NCBI GenBank assembly: GCA_020696385.1
Contig: JAEHCQ010000001.1
Span: 544,001 to 608,000 of the forward strand
DNA length: 64,000 nucleotides
Source: Methanobacteriota archaeon
GTDB taxonomy: Archaea > Thermoplasmatota > Thermoplasmata > SG8-5 > JAGLSY01
Reading direction: 5' to 3'
Shown here: piece after piece, positions 51,773 to 63,000 of the stretch
How the letters are laid out: each line of letters opens with the position of its first letter
How positions within the stretch are numbered: the first letter of the stretch is position 1
The notes under the pieces: generated by a model
The model's database searches: none
Seen by the model: the letters and a program-made list of their open reading frames with translations, nothing else
Told to the model about the DNA's origin: nothing
Program-made: the position numbers and the translations under genes

Positions 51773-54700
51773 ATGACTAAAAGAATATCAGCGCTATTAA
51801 TAAGCCTTGCAATGATATCCATGATATTCCTGAACACGGGCCTGGTAATGGCCAGTTCGCCAGTATCGGAAACTGACGATTTTTATGTTCCAGGAGATTG
51901 GATAATTGTAGGAGCTGAAAGCTATACGAATGAGATAATATCAGTGGAGGGGAACATAACCATTCCCGCAGGGGCATCATTGACCCTGACAAATGTCACG
52001 ATATTAATGAACTGTTCAGCTGCCAACAGGACGCATATCGACGTTCAGGGAATTCTGAACATGTACGACGGTGGCGATGGATACAGCCCTTCAGATTCGA
52101 TGGATGCAGATGCCAGTGTCATACAGGCAAATGTGTCGAACTACAATTTCTGGACTGGTGTCAATGCTGTCTTGGACATACAGAACAGTGAGATCCTCAA
52201 TGCAGGAAACAACACCAATATGCCTCCAGATCAGTGGAGTGGTGTGTACATCAGAACCAATATGGCATCTATTGATGACAGCCGTATTGCAGATGGTGAG
52301 CACGGTCTGATCTTTGACAGTTGCTGGCCCGCTTCCTTGCAGAACAACCTGGTAGAGGACAATAATGGTATCGGAATTGGAGCTGGAGATATAACTGTTC
52401 CAAATTACAATATCAATGGTGTCCTTTCCAACAATGTTGTTCTGAACAATGGAGAGGCTGGTGTTTACCTGTCTGGAGACAATGTCAATGTCGAGATCTT
52501 CGGCATGAACGTGTCCTTCAATGACAATGGGATCATCGTAATAGGAAACGGCACTTTGAACGCCGATGTTCACGGCAATGAGATTTGGCGCAATGATGGA
52601 TCTGGATATTCTGCTCTTTACATTATAACCAACGGAGTCTTAAATACGAATATTGTAGGTAATGACATTATTGAGAACGGTTGCAACGGTGTATTCGTTG
52701 GATTTGATCACGTGAATAGTGGTACAGATGGTCCTTCAGATGCGACAGTGGTAGTCAACAATAACAATATCTATGGAAATGGTGGCGGATGCCGATATAC
52801 AGCTCTGGGTGACCTGGACATCACAATTAACGACAATTACATGGGTGGTTCGGATTATCACAGTGAAGGAGGAATGCAACAGATAGGGTATTATGAAGAA
52901 AATACCCGCTGTGGTAACCTTACCGTGACCATGGTCGGCAATGAATTCTATTATGGCCTTCCATCGGATGAATGGGATGTGCCACATGCTATCAAGATGG
53001 GAGCATGGGATCACATGGATGTGACATTCACAGATAACCGTATCTTACATGGTGGTGTCTATGAGAGCAGGACGATGTTGAATATTGGACATTACTTCTA
53101 CAGTGAATGGGTCTTCCCACAGACTTTGGATGCTCTGGTTACTCGCAATGAATTTATCGTTCTTGATGACGACAGCACGGATTCCTATCATAGGACGTCT
53201 ATCCAATTCAATGCTGAGAAGGAAATGAACATTGAATATACCGACAATTATTTCTTCTCATCTGCCAAACATGATTACATGGTTGCTGTTGATGAGAAGG
53301 GGCATGCTTTCCACCTTGGAAATGCAGATTATTGTAACGCCACAATCCGCGGAAACACCTTTGTATTGAGTCCAGTGGATGATCAAACCTACTCTTCAGG
53401 CCAGATCGGAGCACTGTTCTATGCATGGGCGAATGAAGAGCTCAATCTGGATTTCGTTGATAATTATGTTGAGAACAATGATGCACCATTATTATCATGG
53501 GACACTATCCCGATGATCATGATAGGTGGAGATGATGCATACACAGATTATCTAACGCCAAATGTCACATGTAATTTCATCGATAACACAGTTGTTCAGA
53601 ACATCTACGGTGGTGGAGAAGTTGGTGTAAAGGCAATAGTCATTACTTCCGACGACCAGCTGGTCTGTAATATCAGTGGGAACGATATCACACAATCTCG
53701 CATTGATGATGGATCCGGTGACTGGGCTGACTTTGAGGGCGCCTTTAAGATCGGTAGCTCATATGGTTCAGCCTATTGTGAGGATCTGTATCTTATCTTC
53801 AATGACAACAACATCCAGGGTAATTTCCACCATGATGCGGACTCGGGCGGTGCTGTGCGGGCTGTAGCCAACAATAATATCACTGCAGATATCAATAATA
53901 ATTACATTGAAGCAGTGTGGGAGGATGGAACAGCCGATTATGATTATGGTATGAGGATCGGTTACTCTTGTAACTCCTATGGTATTCAGAATGAAAACGC
54001 AGTTGTGACATCCAGCAACAATTTCTTCAAGAATGCTGGAATAGGCAGTAACTACGTGGTCGGAGCCAACAACAATCTGACCTTCACATCCGATGGAGAT
54101 ACGATGGTCGGCGCTCAATACGGAGATTGCGGTGGAACTGGAAGCTTCACTTCCTATACCACATACGGAAACGGTTTGACCCTAATGGCCGAGAGCTCCC
54201 TTGATGCTACGATCATGAATGGAGAGTTCTATGATAACGAAGGTGCGGGTATCTGCATCGAGACCGTTGGAGAATCTGATGTGACCATCGAGAACTGCTT
54301 CATACACGATAATTACTGGCACGGTGTCTACTTGTACGATACGGATGGTAATGGTGACGGCAATTTCGAGGTCAAAGAATCAGCGATCATAGGCAATGGT
54401 GCAGATTGGGATGGAAATTGTGGCCAAGGCAGTGGAATATATGCCGAGGATGTCATACTATTGATAGAGAACAGCACCCTGAACAATGATATGAACGGCG
54501 ATTACGAACTGGATCTTAAGGGATTCACCAATGCCACAGCGCTGAACTCCTTCTTTGACAGGTCGAACACGGACATTGACAGTGTCACCTGGGGAAGCCT
54601 CATTGGAAATACCACATGGACCGAGACCAACCTGACTGTGTGGAACACCACGACCGACGCTTCCTTCAGGATAGACATTGATGGAGACGTCAAGAACATT

Positions 54701-56842
54701 GACGGAATTAACTTCTCTGCTTGTCTGGACATGTTCAATGTCGCTGGTGCAATAACAATGGCATTACAGGCCGCTTCCACTGGTCCCACTGATGCATATT
54801 TTGTTGCCTCATGTACCTGGAACGTGGATCACTTTGAAATCACATCTGGAAATGGCGGAATGATGAGTTATGTATCTCCATTGATGCAATCGACCGGAAC
54901 CATGGGAACTGACATATCTGGTATCAATGCAAGTACAAACGGATACTGGATGGCCTGTGCCAATGGTACACCGATGCAGGGAACCGGAAGCTGGCTCTTG
55001 AACCAGTGGTTCATGCACGTGAAGGTCCAGCAGCAGGGAACCGGTATGATCATCCCAGGCGCTGATATCACTATCTGGGATGCCGACAACACAGTGGTTG
55101 GAACAGGCACATCCGGATGGGATGGATACAGTCGCTGGTTCGTAGTGGATGAATCATTGGACACAAATCCCTACAGCTACATGTACACACCACATACAGT
55201 AGAGGGTGTGAAGGGAGTTACCACAGGGACTGTATACCCGACAATGAGCTTCTCCAAAGAGGTCATTGTTTCACTGGATTACACCAGTTTGGCACCTGTA
55301 GCAGATGCTGGAACACCTCTGACAATAAATGAGGACACCAGTGCGATTCTTGACGGAAGCGCATCCACAGATGATATCTGGATCGTGTCATGGAATTGGA
55401 ATGAGCCAACTGCTGGAATCTCACTGTCAGGTGAGACCCCGAGCTATCTGTTCACCCAACCAGGTGTGTATGTTTTCACACTGACCGTGACCGACTATGA
55501 AGGTATGACAGACACTGACACAGTGACCATAACCGTGGTCGATGTGACAGCACCCATGGCCGATGCAGGACCAGCTCAGAGTGTGGATGAAGATGTAGAG
55601 GTCGTGTTCGATGGAAGCGCATCTGGGGACAATGTAGGCATAGTGAACTACACCTGGACCTTCACGGACAATGGAACCGTCATCACACTGTACGATGATG
55701 GAGCCAACTACACCTTTGCCGAGCCAGGAACATACGACGTCACATTGACAGTGACCGATGGAGTGGGATTGACAGACACAAGTATTGTGACCATAACCGT
55801 TCTGGACATCACAGCTCCAGTAGCGATAGATGGTAATGGACAGACGGTTCCTGAGGGAACTGAAGTGACCCTGGATGGCTCTGCAAGTACTGACAATGTC
55901 GGTGTTGTAACCTATGAGTGGACCTTCAATGACGGCGCGAATGATGTTGTACAGAACGGAGCTGTCATGAACCACACGTTCATGATACTCGGCAACTACA
56001 CCATCACTCTCGAAGTGTGGGATGCTGCCGGAAATAATGACACTCTGACAGTATGGGTGAATGTTGTCGATGTGACAGCACCGGAAGTTCTGGTCGTCGC
56101 ACCTGGCGAAGGATTGGAGAATGTTCCACTCGATTGGGATCTCATAGTCGTATTCACCGAGGCAATGGACACAGTATCTGTGGAAGCGGCCTTTGATGTG
56201 GATGGGACAAATGTGACCAGCTTCGTATGGGACGTATCTGGAAGATATGTCACCATCATCTTTGATGAACTGGCATATGACACGGTGTACACCTTCACTG
56301 TAGGATCAGAGGCAATGGACATAGCTGGCAATGAAATGGAAACAGCAGAAGCAGGCAGTTTCCTGACAGCCATTGATCAAACTCCACCACCAGTACCAGA
56401 GCCAACAGTGAATGATACAGATGGCGATGGTATTGATGATGTAGATGATGCATTCCCGGATGACCCAGCAGCATCTATCGATACTGATAATGATGGTATG
56501 CCTGATGTGTACAATCCAGGTTACGACGAGAATGACACAAACCTGACAGAGGATATGGATGACGACAATGACGGGATCGATGATGATGTAGATGACGACA
56601 CACCAATTGTTGATGATCCAGTTGACGACGATGATCCAGTTGACGACGATGACGACGACACAGCGGATGACGACACAGGAAGTAATGACTTCATGTGGAT
56701 CATCATAGTCATCATACTGGTTATCATAATCGTTATACAGGCTATGATGAAAGGAAAGGAACCTGAGAGCGATGCTCCAACATCAGAACCAGAACCACCA
56801 GTTGAAGAAGCACCAGCTCCAGAAGAGCCTGGTGATGTCTAA
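51773..56842 (+). CDS. Large surface protein: beta-helix, one DUF3383-like insert, three PKD domains, Ig-like (Big_5) domain, acidic repeats, TM anchor
   Basis: Signal peptide; P.ADAG...DGS.S.DN.GIV.Y.W.F PKD units; V.FTEAMD..SVE.AF; DTDGDG repeats; WIIIVIIL TM helix. Confidence 0.9.
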   Translation: MTKRISALLISLAMISMIFLNTGLVMASSPVSETDDFYVPGDWIIVGAESYTNEIISVEGNITIPAGASLTLTNVTILMNCSAANRTHIDVQGILNMYDGGDGYSPSDSMDADASVIQANVSNYNFWTGVNAVLDIQNSEILNAGNNTNMPPDQWSGVYIRTNMASIDDSRIADGEHGLIFDSCWPASLQNNLVEDNNGIGIGAGDITVPNYNINGVLSNNVVLNNGEAGVYLSGDNVNVEIFGMNVSFNDNGIIVIGNGTLNADVHGNEIWRNDGSGYSALYIITNGVLNTNIVGNDIIENGCNGVFVGFDHVNSGTDGPSDATVVVNNNNIYGNGGGCRYTALGDLDITINDNYMGGSDYHSEGGMQQIGYYEENTRCGNLTVTMVGNEFYYGLPSDEWDVPHAIKMGAWDHMDVTFTDNRILHGGVYESRTMLNIGHYFYSEWVFPQTLDALVTRNEFIVLDDDSTDSYHRTSIQFNAEKEMNIEYTDNYFFSSAKHDYMVAVDEKGHAFHLGNADYCNATIRGNTFVLSPVDDQTYSSGQIGALFYAWANEELNLDFVDNYVENNDAPLLSWDTIPMIMIGGDDAYTDYLTPNVTCNFIDNTVVQNIYGGGEVGVKAIVITSDDQLVCNISGNDITQSRIDDGSGDWADFEGAFKIGSSYGSAYCEDLYLIFNDNNIQGNFHHDADSGGAVRAVANNNITADINNNYIEAVWEDGTADYDYGMRIGYSCNSYGIQNENAVVTSSNNFFKNAGIGSNYVVGANNNLTFTSDGDTMVGAQYGDCGGTGSFTSYTTYGNGLTLMAESSLDATIMNGEFYDNEGAGICIETVGESDVTIENCFIHDNYWHGVYLYDTDGNGDGNFEVKESAIIGNGADWDGNCGQGSGIYAEDVILLIENSTLNNDMNGDYELDLKGFTNATALNSFFDRSNTDIDSVTWGSLIGNTTWTETNLTVWNTTTDASFRIDIDGDVKNIDGINFSACLDMFNVAGAITMALQAASTGPTDAYFVASCTWNVDHFEITSGNGGMMSYVSPLMQSTGTMGTDISGINASTNGYWMACANGTPMQGTGSWLLNQWFMHVKVQQQGTGMIIPGADITIWDADNTVVGTGTSGWDGYSRWFVVDESLDTNPYSYMYTPHTVEGVKGVTTGTVYPTMSFSKEVIVSLDYTSLAPVADAGTPLTINEDTSAILDGSASTDDIWIVSWNWNEPTAGISLSGETPSYLFTQPGVYVFTLTVTDYEGMTDTDTVTITVVDVTAPMADAGPAQSVDEDVEVVFDGSASGDNVGIVNYTWTFTDNGTVITLYDDGANYTFAEPGTYDVTLTVTDGVGLTDTSIVTITVLDITAPVAIDGNGQTVPEGTEVTLDGSASTDNVGVVTYEWTFNDGANDVVQNGAVMNHTFMILGNYTITLEVWDAAGNNDTLTVWVNVVDVTAPEVLVVAPGEGLENVPLDWDLIVVFTEAMDTVSVEAAFDVDGTNVTSFVWDVSGRYVTIIFDELAYDTVYTFTVGSEAMDIAGNEMETAEAGSFLTAIDQTPPPVPEPTVNDTDGDGIDDVDDAFPDDPAASIDTDNDGMPDVYNPGYDENDTNLTEDMDDDNDGIDDDVDDDTPIVDDPVDDDDPVDDDDDDTADDDTGSNDFMWIIIVIILVIIIVIQAMMKGKEPESDAPTSEPEPPVEEAPAPEEPGDV

Positions 56843-56873
56843 TCTGATGTATCGTGTCTGAATAAAGCAAAAT

Positions 56874-56910
56874 GGGGAAGGCGAACCAGCCTTCCCCCCT
56901 TTTATATTTT
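56874..56910 (+). terminator. Hairpin plus T-tract after the 1689-aa gene
   Basis: GGGGAAGGC-GAACCA-GCCTTCCCC followed by a T-rich run. Confidence 0.6.
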
Positions 56911-57048
56911 ATTATTTTTCTTTTGTTAGCCAGCCTTATTATTTCATTGTCTATTGTTAAGGATATTAATATATAATAACATTAAACTTATGCGACTTTA
57001 ACTATATGAATAAGTCTAACATATAATATAAATTTGAGAGGAGTGAAA

Positions 57049-60000
57049 ATGAAAAATAAATTCAGTGCTTTGATAATGAGCATAGTAATGGTGACAGTGA
57101 TATTTGCAAATACTTCATTAGTGCTTGCAGGAACACCAGCACCACCGAGTGATGTTCCGGACGGTATTCAGTATATCGACGGCGACTGGACAGTTGTGGG
57201 GTCAGAAAGTTATACCGATGAGATCATCGTATTGACTGGAAATCTGACCGTGCCAGCAGGTGCAACACTCACACTTACCAACACGACGATACAGATGAAC
57301 TGCACCATGATCGGGCAGTACAAGATCAATGTGGGTGGCAATGTGTACCTCCTGGATGGAGGAGATGGACTGACACCTATGGAAGCTGCTGATGCTGATG
57401 CATCCGCTATAATTTCAAGCAACCCGGCCTTCGAAACATACCTGCATGTGATGCCAGGGGCGGTGTTCGATGTCCAGAACAGTGAGGTCAGAAATGTGGG
57501 CCGCACTGACATTAACGGATACCTGGTCGGTGGACTCAACCCAGAGACCAATATCACGATCTGGGAAAATGTCACAGACGGAGAGTTCAGTGTTACCCTG
57601 GAAGGCGTGACCGCAGATATATGGGGTATTGATTTCAACACCACCCCTGTTACCACAATAGATGAAGTGGCCACAAGGATCCAGAATGCGATCCAGGCAA
57701 TTGGCATAGGTGGATTCATTGGTGCGACCGTTATCTGGAATACGGATCACTTCGAGATAATATCTGGAACAACCATAGACGCTAGCTCATCGATATCAGC
57801 AATTTCCAGTGTGGCTCCTCTTATGGCAAACAGCACTGCAAACGGTACAGAAATATCTGGTACTGGGTGGATGGACTGCGCTATGAATACCCAGTCCTAT
57901 GATGCTGACAAATACATGATCGGAACTTACTTCGAATCAAACAGTGTGAGCATCACCAACAGTCTGATCGCGGACGGTGGCCACGGTACGATATTTGATA
58001 ATTGCCATCCTGCAGTCTTTTCTCACAATCTTGTAGATAACATGGCAGGAGCTGGATTTGGAATCACAAACTGGAGCAATCCAGGATTTACAATTGATTA
58101 TGTTCTTTCAGATAACACAATAACCAACAATGGATTCTACGGGGTTGTATTCGATGCCGAGACCGTGGATGTCGAAGTGTTCGACATGGACATATCAGAG
58201 AACGTATATGGTTTGAACATTTACGCAGGAAGCTCTATCACAGCCTATGTTCACGATTCCTTGTTCTGGAGGAACAGTGGCATCACAGAACAGGATGCGG
58301 CAACCATCTTCATGCTGCCTGGAGAGGGCGGGAATGTGGATGCGACGATCGAGAGATGCTCCCTGATAGAGAATTACTGTGGCTCAATTTGGTTGGGCAT
58401 AAGCCATCAGGATGACTACAGATGTGGGAATGTGACAGCGGACATATCCAATAATGATCTAATTGGAAACCATGGTGACATTAAGATGAATGCGAATTTC
58501 ACAGTCGATGCCACGGTCATAGACAATACGATCTCATGGTCAAATTATCATACAGCAGTTGATTCTTTCAATTTCGGACATGCTGAATCAAGCTCTTTAA
58601 CAAACAAGGATGAGTACGTGCAGTATCTGGATCTGGAATTCTCAAGGAACACTGCAGATTTTGGAATGTATGCAGATGGCGTACCCGTGGGTGGTTATGT
58701 CAGAACATCCGCAAAAGAGAATGTGGATGCCACGATCAATGATAATTATGTGGTCGGAGGTTACAATGTTGGCGGAATCTTCAGAATAGGATACCCTTGC
58801 GATGATGATGGCACAGATCCGATGTTCCCCCTGGTCAGAAACACGACCGCGTACTTTGAGGGAAATATTGTTGAAATGTATTATGATGGCGGTGCGCCAA
58901 ATGTAGGTCAGGTCATACAGACACATGCGAAATATAATCTGGACTCGACAGTGATCGATAATAAATTCTATTTCGAAAGTGGAGCTGGAACTGTCATCAG
59001 ACTGGGAGTCTGGGGAGATGGCAATGGCCCAGAACCTGTATTGAACAACACCGCATTGGTGCGGGAAAACACCATCACATTCAATGATCAGGCCGAAGAT
59101 CAGTTGGGTGGATCCATCAAGATCATGGCTCTCGATTATATCTATGCGGATATCATCGACAATGACATCTATGCCTTTGTAAGCTACAATGATGGGGGCT
59201 GGATATGGGTCGGGTTCATACACAATGTCTATGAGATCCCATGCAAGAATGTGACAGCGAATATCATCAATAATAGGATGATCGGTGATTTCTTTATGCC
59301 AGATGCGAAATGCTGGTTCATAAATGTTGCAGGAGAGATAAACACAAGAGCCAATGTAATCGGCAATGTGTTCATTCACAATGATTTCATGCTGGATTCA
59401 AACGACAATCCAACAGATTTCCTAAGGTTTGGATTTATCCAGGGATTTTCTTCCGGAGCTACATTCTGCACGGATAACCTGTTCCTGAACCTCACTGACA
59501 ATCGGATCACATACCGCACTGGTGCGGAGGTCAAATTATCAGGAGAGGGATTATGGACAATGACCAGTAATGAAGTTTGTATTGTGAACATTGAGAGGAA
59601 CATATTCGATATTGATTTCTATTATAATGACGGGGCAACTCCACTGATAGGTGGCATGCTCTCGATAGGTACGTCAAATAACTGGTATAGCCTTGGAACT
59701 ACAAAGAACCTGACAGTGGGTATCATCGACAATGTCTTCGATATCAGGCTGCATGGACAATGTTATGTAGGTGGTGTGTTCGATCTTGTCGCGATGGATA
59801 ATGTTGATGCGATCGTTACAGGCAATCAGTTCCATTTCGAAACCACAGACTATGAGATTGATGTTCCAGATGTTGGAGGTTTCTTCAGAATAGGACACAG
59901 TGGAAATTCAATGATCGTGGCCAATCACACCACAGTGGATTTCATGGACAATAAATTTGAGATAATTCTGGAGGCTGGAATATACATGGGAGGAGGCCTA

Positions 60001-63000
60001 CGCATATGGGCGGAGATAGACATCTTCGCCAATGTCACAGGAAATGATTTCGTATTTGATTCGGTCTATGATCAAGGGTGGTCAAATATCGGTGGCTTTT
60101 TGAACATTGGAGGTACAAATTATTTTACAGAGAATGTTACAGCGAATGTGAATTACAATACATTCACAGTGGACATATTCGGTGGGATCGAACTGGGCAG
60201 TGTCTTGAAGATTGGCGCGGAGTTTGACCTTGTCACCAATGTCATAGGTAATGAGTTCGTGGTGAACACCTATTATGACATAGGTGGCATAGATTTCGGC
60301 GGACTGATAGATATCGGAGCCTTGTGGGAGGAATCGAATAATATAACAGCTCATGTCAACTACAACAAAATATCCTTCACCATGTTTGAGGATATCGATG
60401 GGGCCTCCGCGATGCATATAGGAGGAGGGAAGAATTTAAGCGTCGAGGTCATTGGAAATGATATCGAATATACCACCCTCTCAGATGGAAGCTCTATATA
60501 CATTGGCGGAATCATAAAGGTCGGCGATGTCAGTGGTGTACTTGCAAAGACAGTGGAAGGTGTCATAAGCGATAATAATATCCAGGCCCATCTCATAAAT
60601 AATACAGATACTGGTGGCGCTATAAGAGTCACTGCTGAAAATGAAGTCAACCTGGTCATGGACAATAATATCGTGCAGGGCTGGTGGCCGGCAGATGTTG
60701 CCGAAGATGACAGAAGAGATTTTGGCGTCAGGATAGGATATCAATGCGAGAGCAATGGCATACTGGCGAATAACGTCACACTCCACATGACCAATAATAT
60801 AATCGGACCTGGTGGAAAGAGCAGTGCGCTGTATGTTGGTGCCATAGACAATCTTGACTTCAGCTTTGATGGAGGAGTGGTCCAAGGCGCGCTATGGGAT
60901 AATTGGTACATTGCTGCAGAAGGCAGTAATGGAAATGGTATAACCGCCGAATCCGAGGGAAATATGACGGTTTCCATAACCAATGCCGAGATAATGAGCA
61001 ACAGGGGAGCGGGTATCGCCATAATAGCCAATAATAATACGGCAGTGGATATCAAAGACTGCTACATACATGGAAACTACTGGCATGGCATATACATAGC
61101 GAGCGATAATGAACTTATTGATACCTTCTCGATAGAGAGATGTGATATCATCGGTAATGGCATGAACATCAGTGGAGACCTTCCAGAATATGGCAGTGGA
61201 ATATATGTTGAGAATGGACTTATCGATGTCGATAATTGCACACTGACAAACCCTGGAGGAGAGTACGAATTCAAGATTATGGATACTACATCATTCGTAC
61301 ACACACTCAATACCACCTTTGACAAGGACAATGTGTTCCTGGAGTCCACAGCCGGATATTTGACTGGTGGAGTAAGCGCAGACGATAAACAAGCTGGTTG
61401 GGCCCTGATCACAGATGGAGAGTTCAATCTCACCATTGATGGCGTATCAGCAGATATCGGACCTATTGACTTCACTGGCATAGGAAGCGTGACAGATGCA
61501 GCTACAAGGATACAGACTGCGATCCAGCTTGAATTCCCCGGTGTGACATGTACATACACTGGCGGCATATTCACCATAACATCTGCAACCATGGGTATAG
61601 GATCCGGTGTCACGGCATTGATAAATCACAGTGTTGGAAGCGGAACAGATATCAGTGGCCTGACGGAAATAAGCTCAAAGGCTTATGTTGATGGTGGAAC
61701 TAATGAAGAACCAACCCCCGCAAATTGGGCTGCAGTCACAGATGGAGAGTTCCATATAGTACTGGATGGCGTGCCAGCTGATATAGGACCTATTGATTTC
61801 ACTGGGGACACTACATTAGGACAGGTCGCGATGACCATCACTGCTGAACTTCAGGCAGAAGGCGGGGTCTATTCTTCAGCTTTATGTCAATGGATCGGTG
61901 GAATGGGCTATTTCAGAATAACCTCTGGAACCTGGAATTTCTCATCATCTGCCACGAATCTTTCTGCAACTGGAACAGGAACTGATATATCTGGATTGAC
62001 AGCCAGTGCCGGTGGCGCATGGCTGGATATGGCAGATAATGCCGTGGTACAGCCTGTAAAGAACTTCATGGACTGTGCATTGAACGGAACTGAAACAGCA
62101 GGAGAATCTGCTGAACTTCTTGTCAGCTGGTTCATGCATGTGAAAGTGTTGCAATCTGGTACGAACTACGGAATACCAGGAGCGGTTGTGACAGTTGAGG
62201 ATGGAGCAGGCATAGTTGTCGGCTCTGGAACCACAGACAGTGACGGATACCTCAAATGGGTTATCTGTGACGAGTACCTGGAGAGAATGGTATTGAGCGG
62301 AAAGGACCGCATAGAGTACGGAGATTTCACAGCATACGCGACCAAGACCAGCACATCTGGAAGCTCGGCTCCAACAGAAATGGATGTTTCAAAGGTCGTA
62401 CCCATTATGCTGAACTACGTGTCCCTACCACCTATAGCGGTTGCCAGCAGCCAGACAGTGAATGAAGATACACTTGTGATCTTCGATGGTACTGGATCCT
62501 CTGATGATTTCTACATAGTGGACTGGGATTGGACCTTCGATGATAGTGGTGCTGTCGCTCTCGATGGCGAGATCACGGACTACACATTCAGCGAGCCTGG
62601 AGTGTACGATGTGACACTCACCGTCAGGGACTATGAAGGACTGACCAGTGCGATCATCATCACGATCACCGTGGTGGATGTGACTGCTCCAACAGCAGAT
62701 GCAGGACCTGATCAGATAGTTGATGAGGACACGAATGTGACCTTCGATGGTACTGGAAGCTCGGACAATGTTGGCATAGTGAACTACACCTGGACCTTCA
62801 ATAATGGTACAGCCCAGACATTGTACGAAGTGAACCCTGTGTTCAACTTCACAGAACCAGGAACGTACACCGTTACCTTGACGGTCTCCGATGCTGTTGG
62901 TCTAACAGGCATTGCCACAATGGAAGTGACCGTGCTTGATGTGACTGCTCCAATAGCGATCGATGGTGATGGACAGACAGTTGCCGAGGGAACTGAAGTA

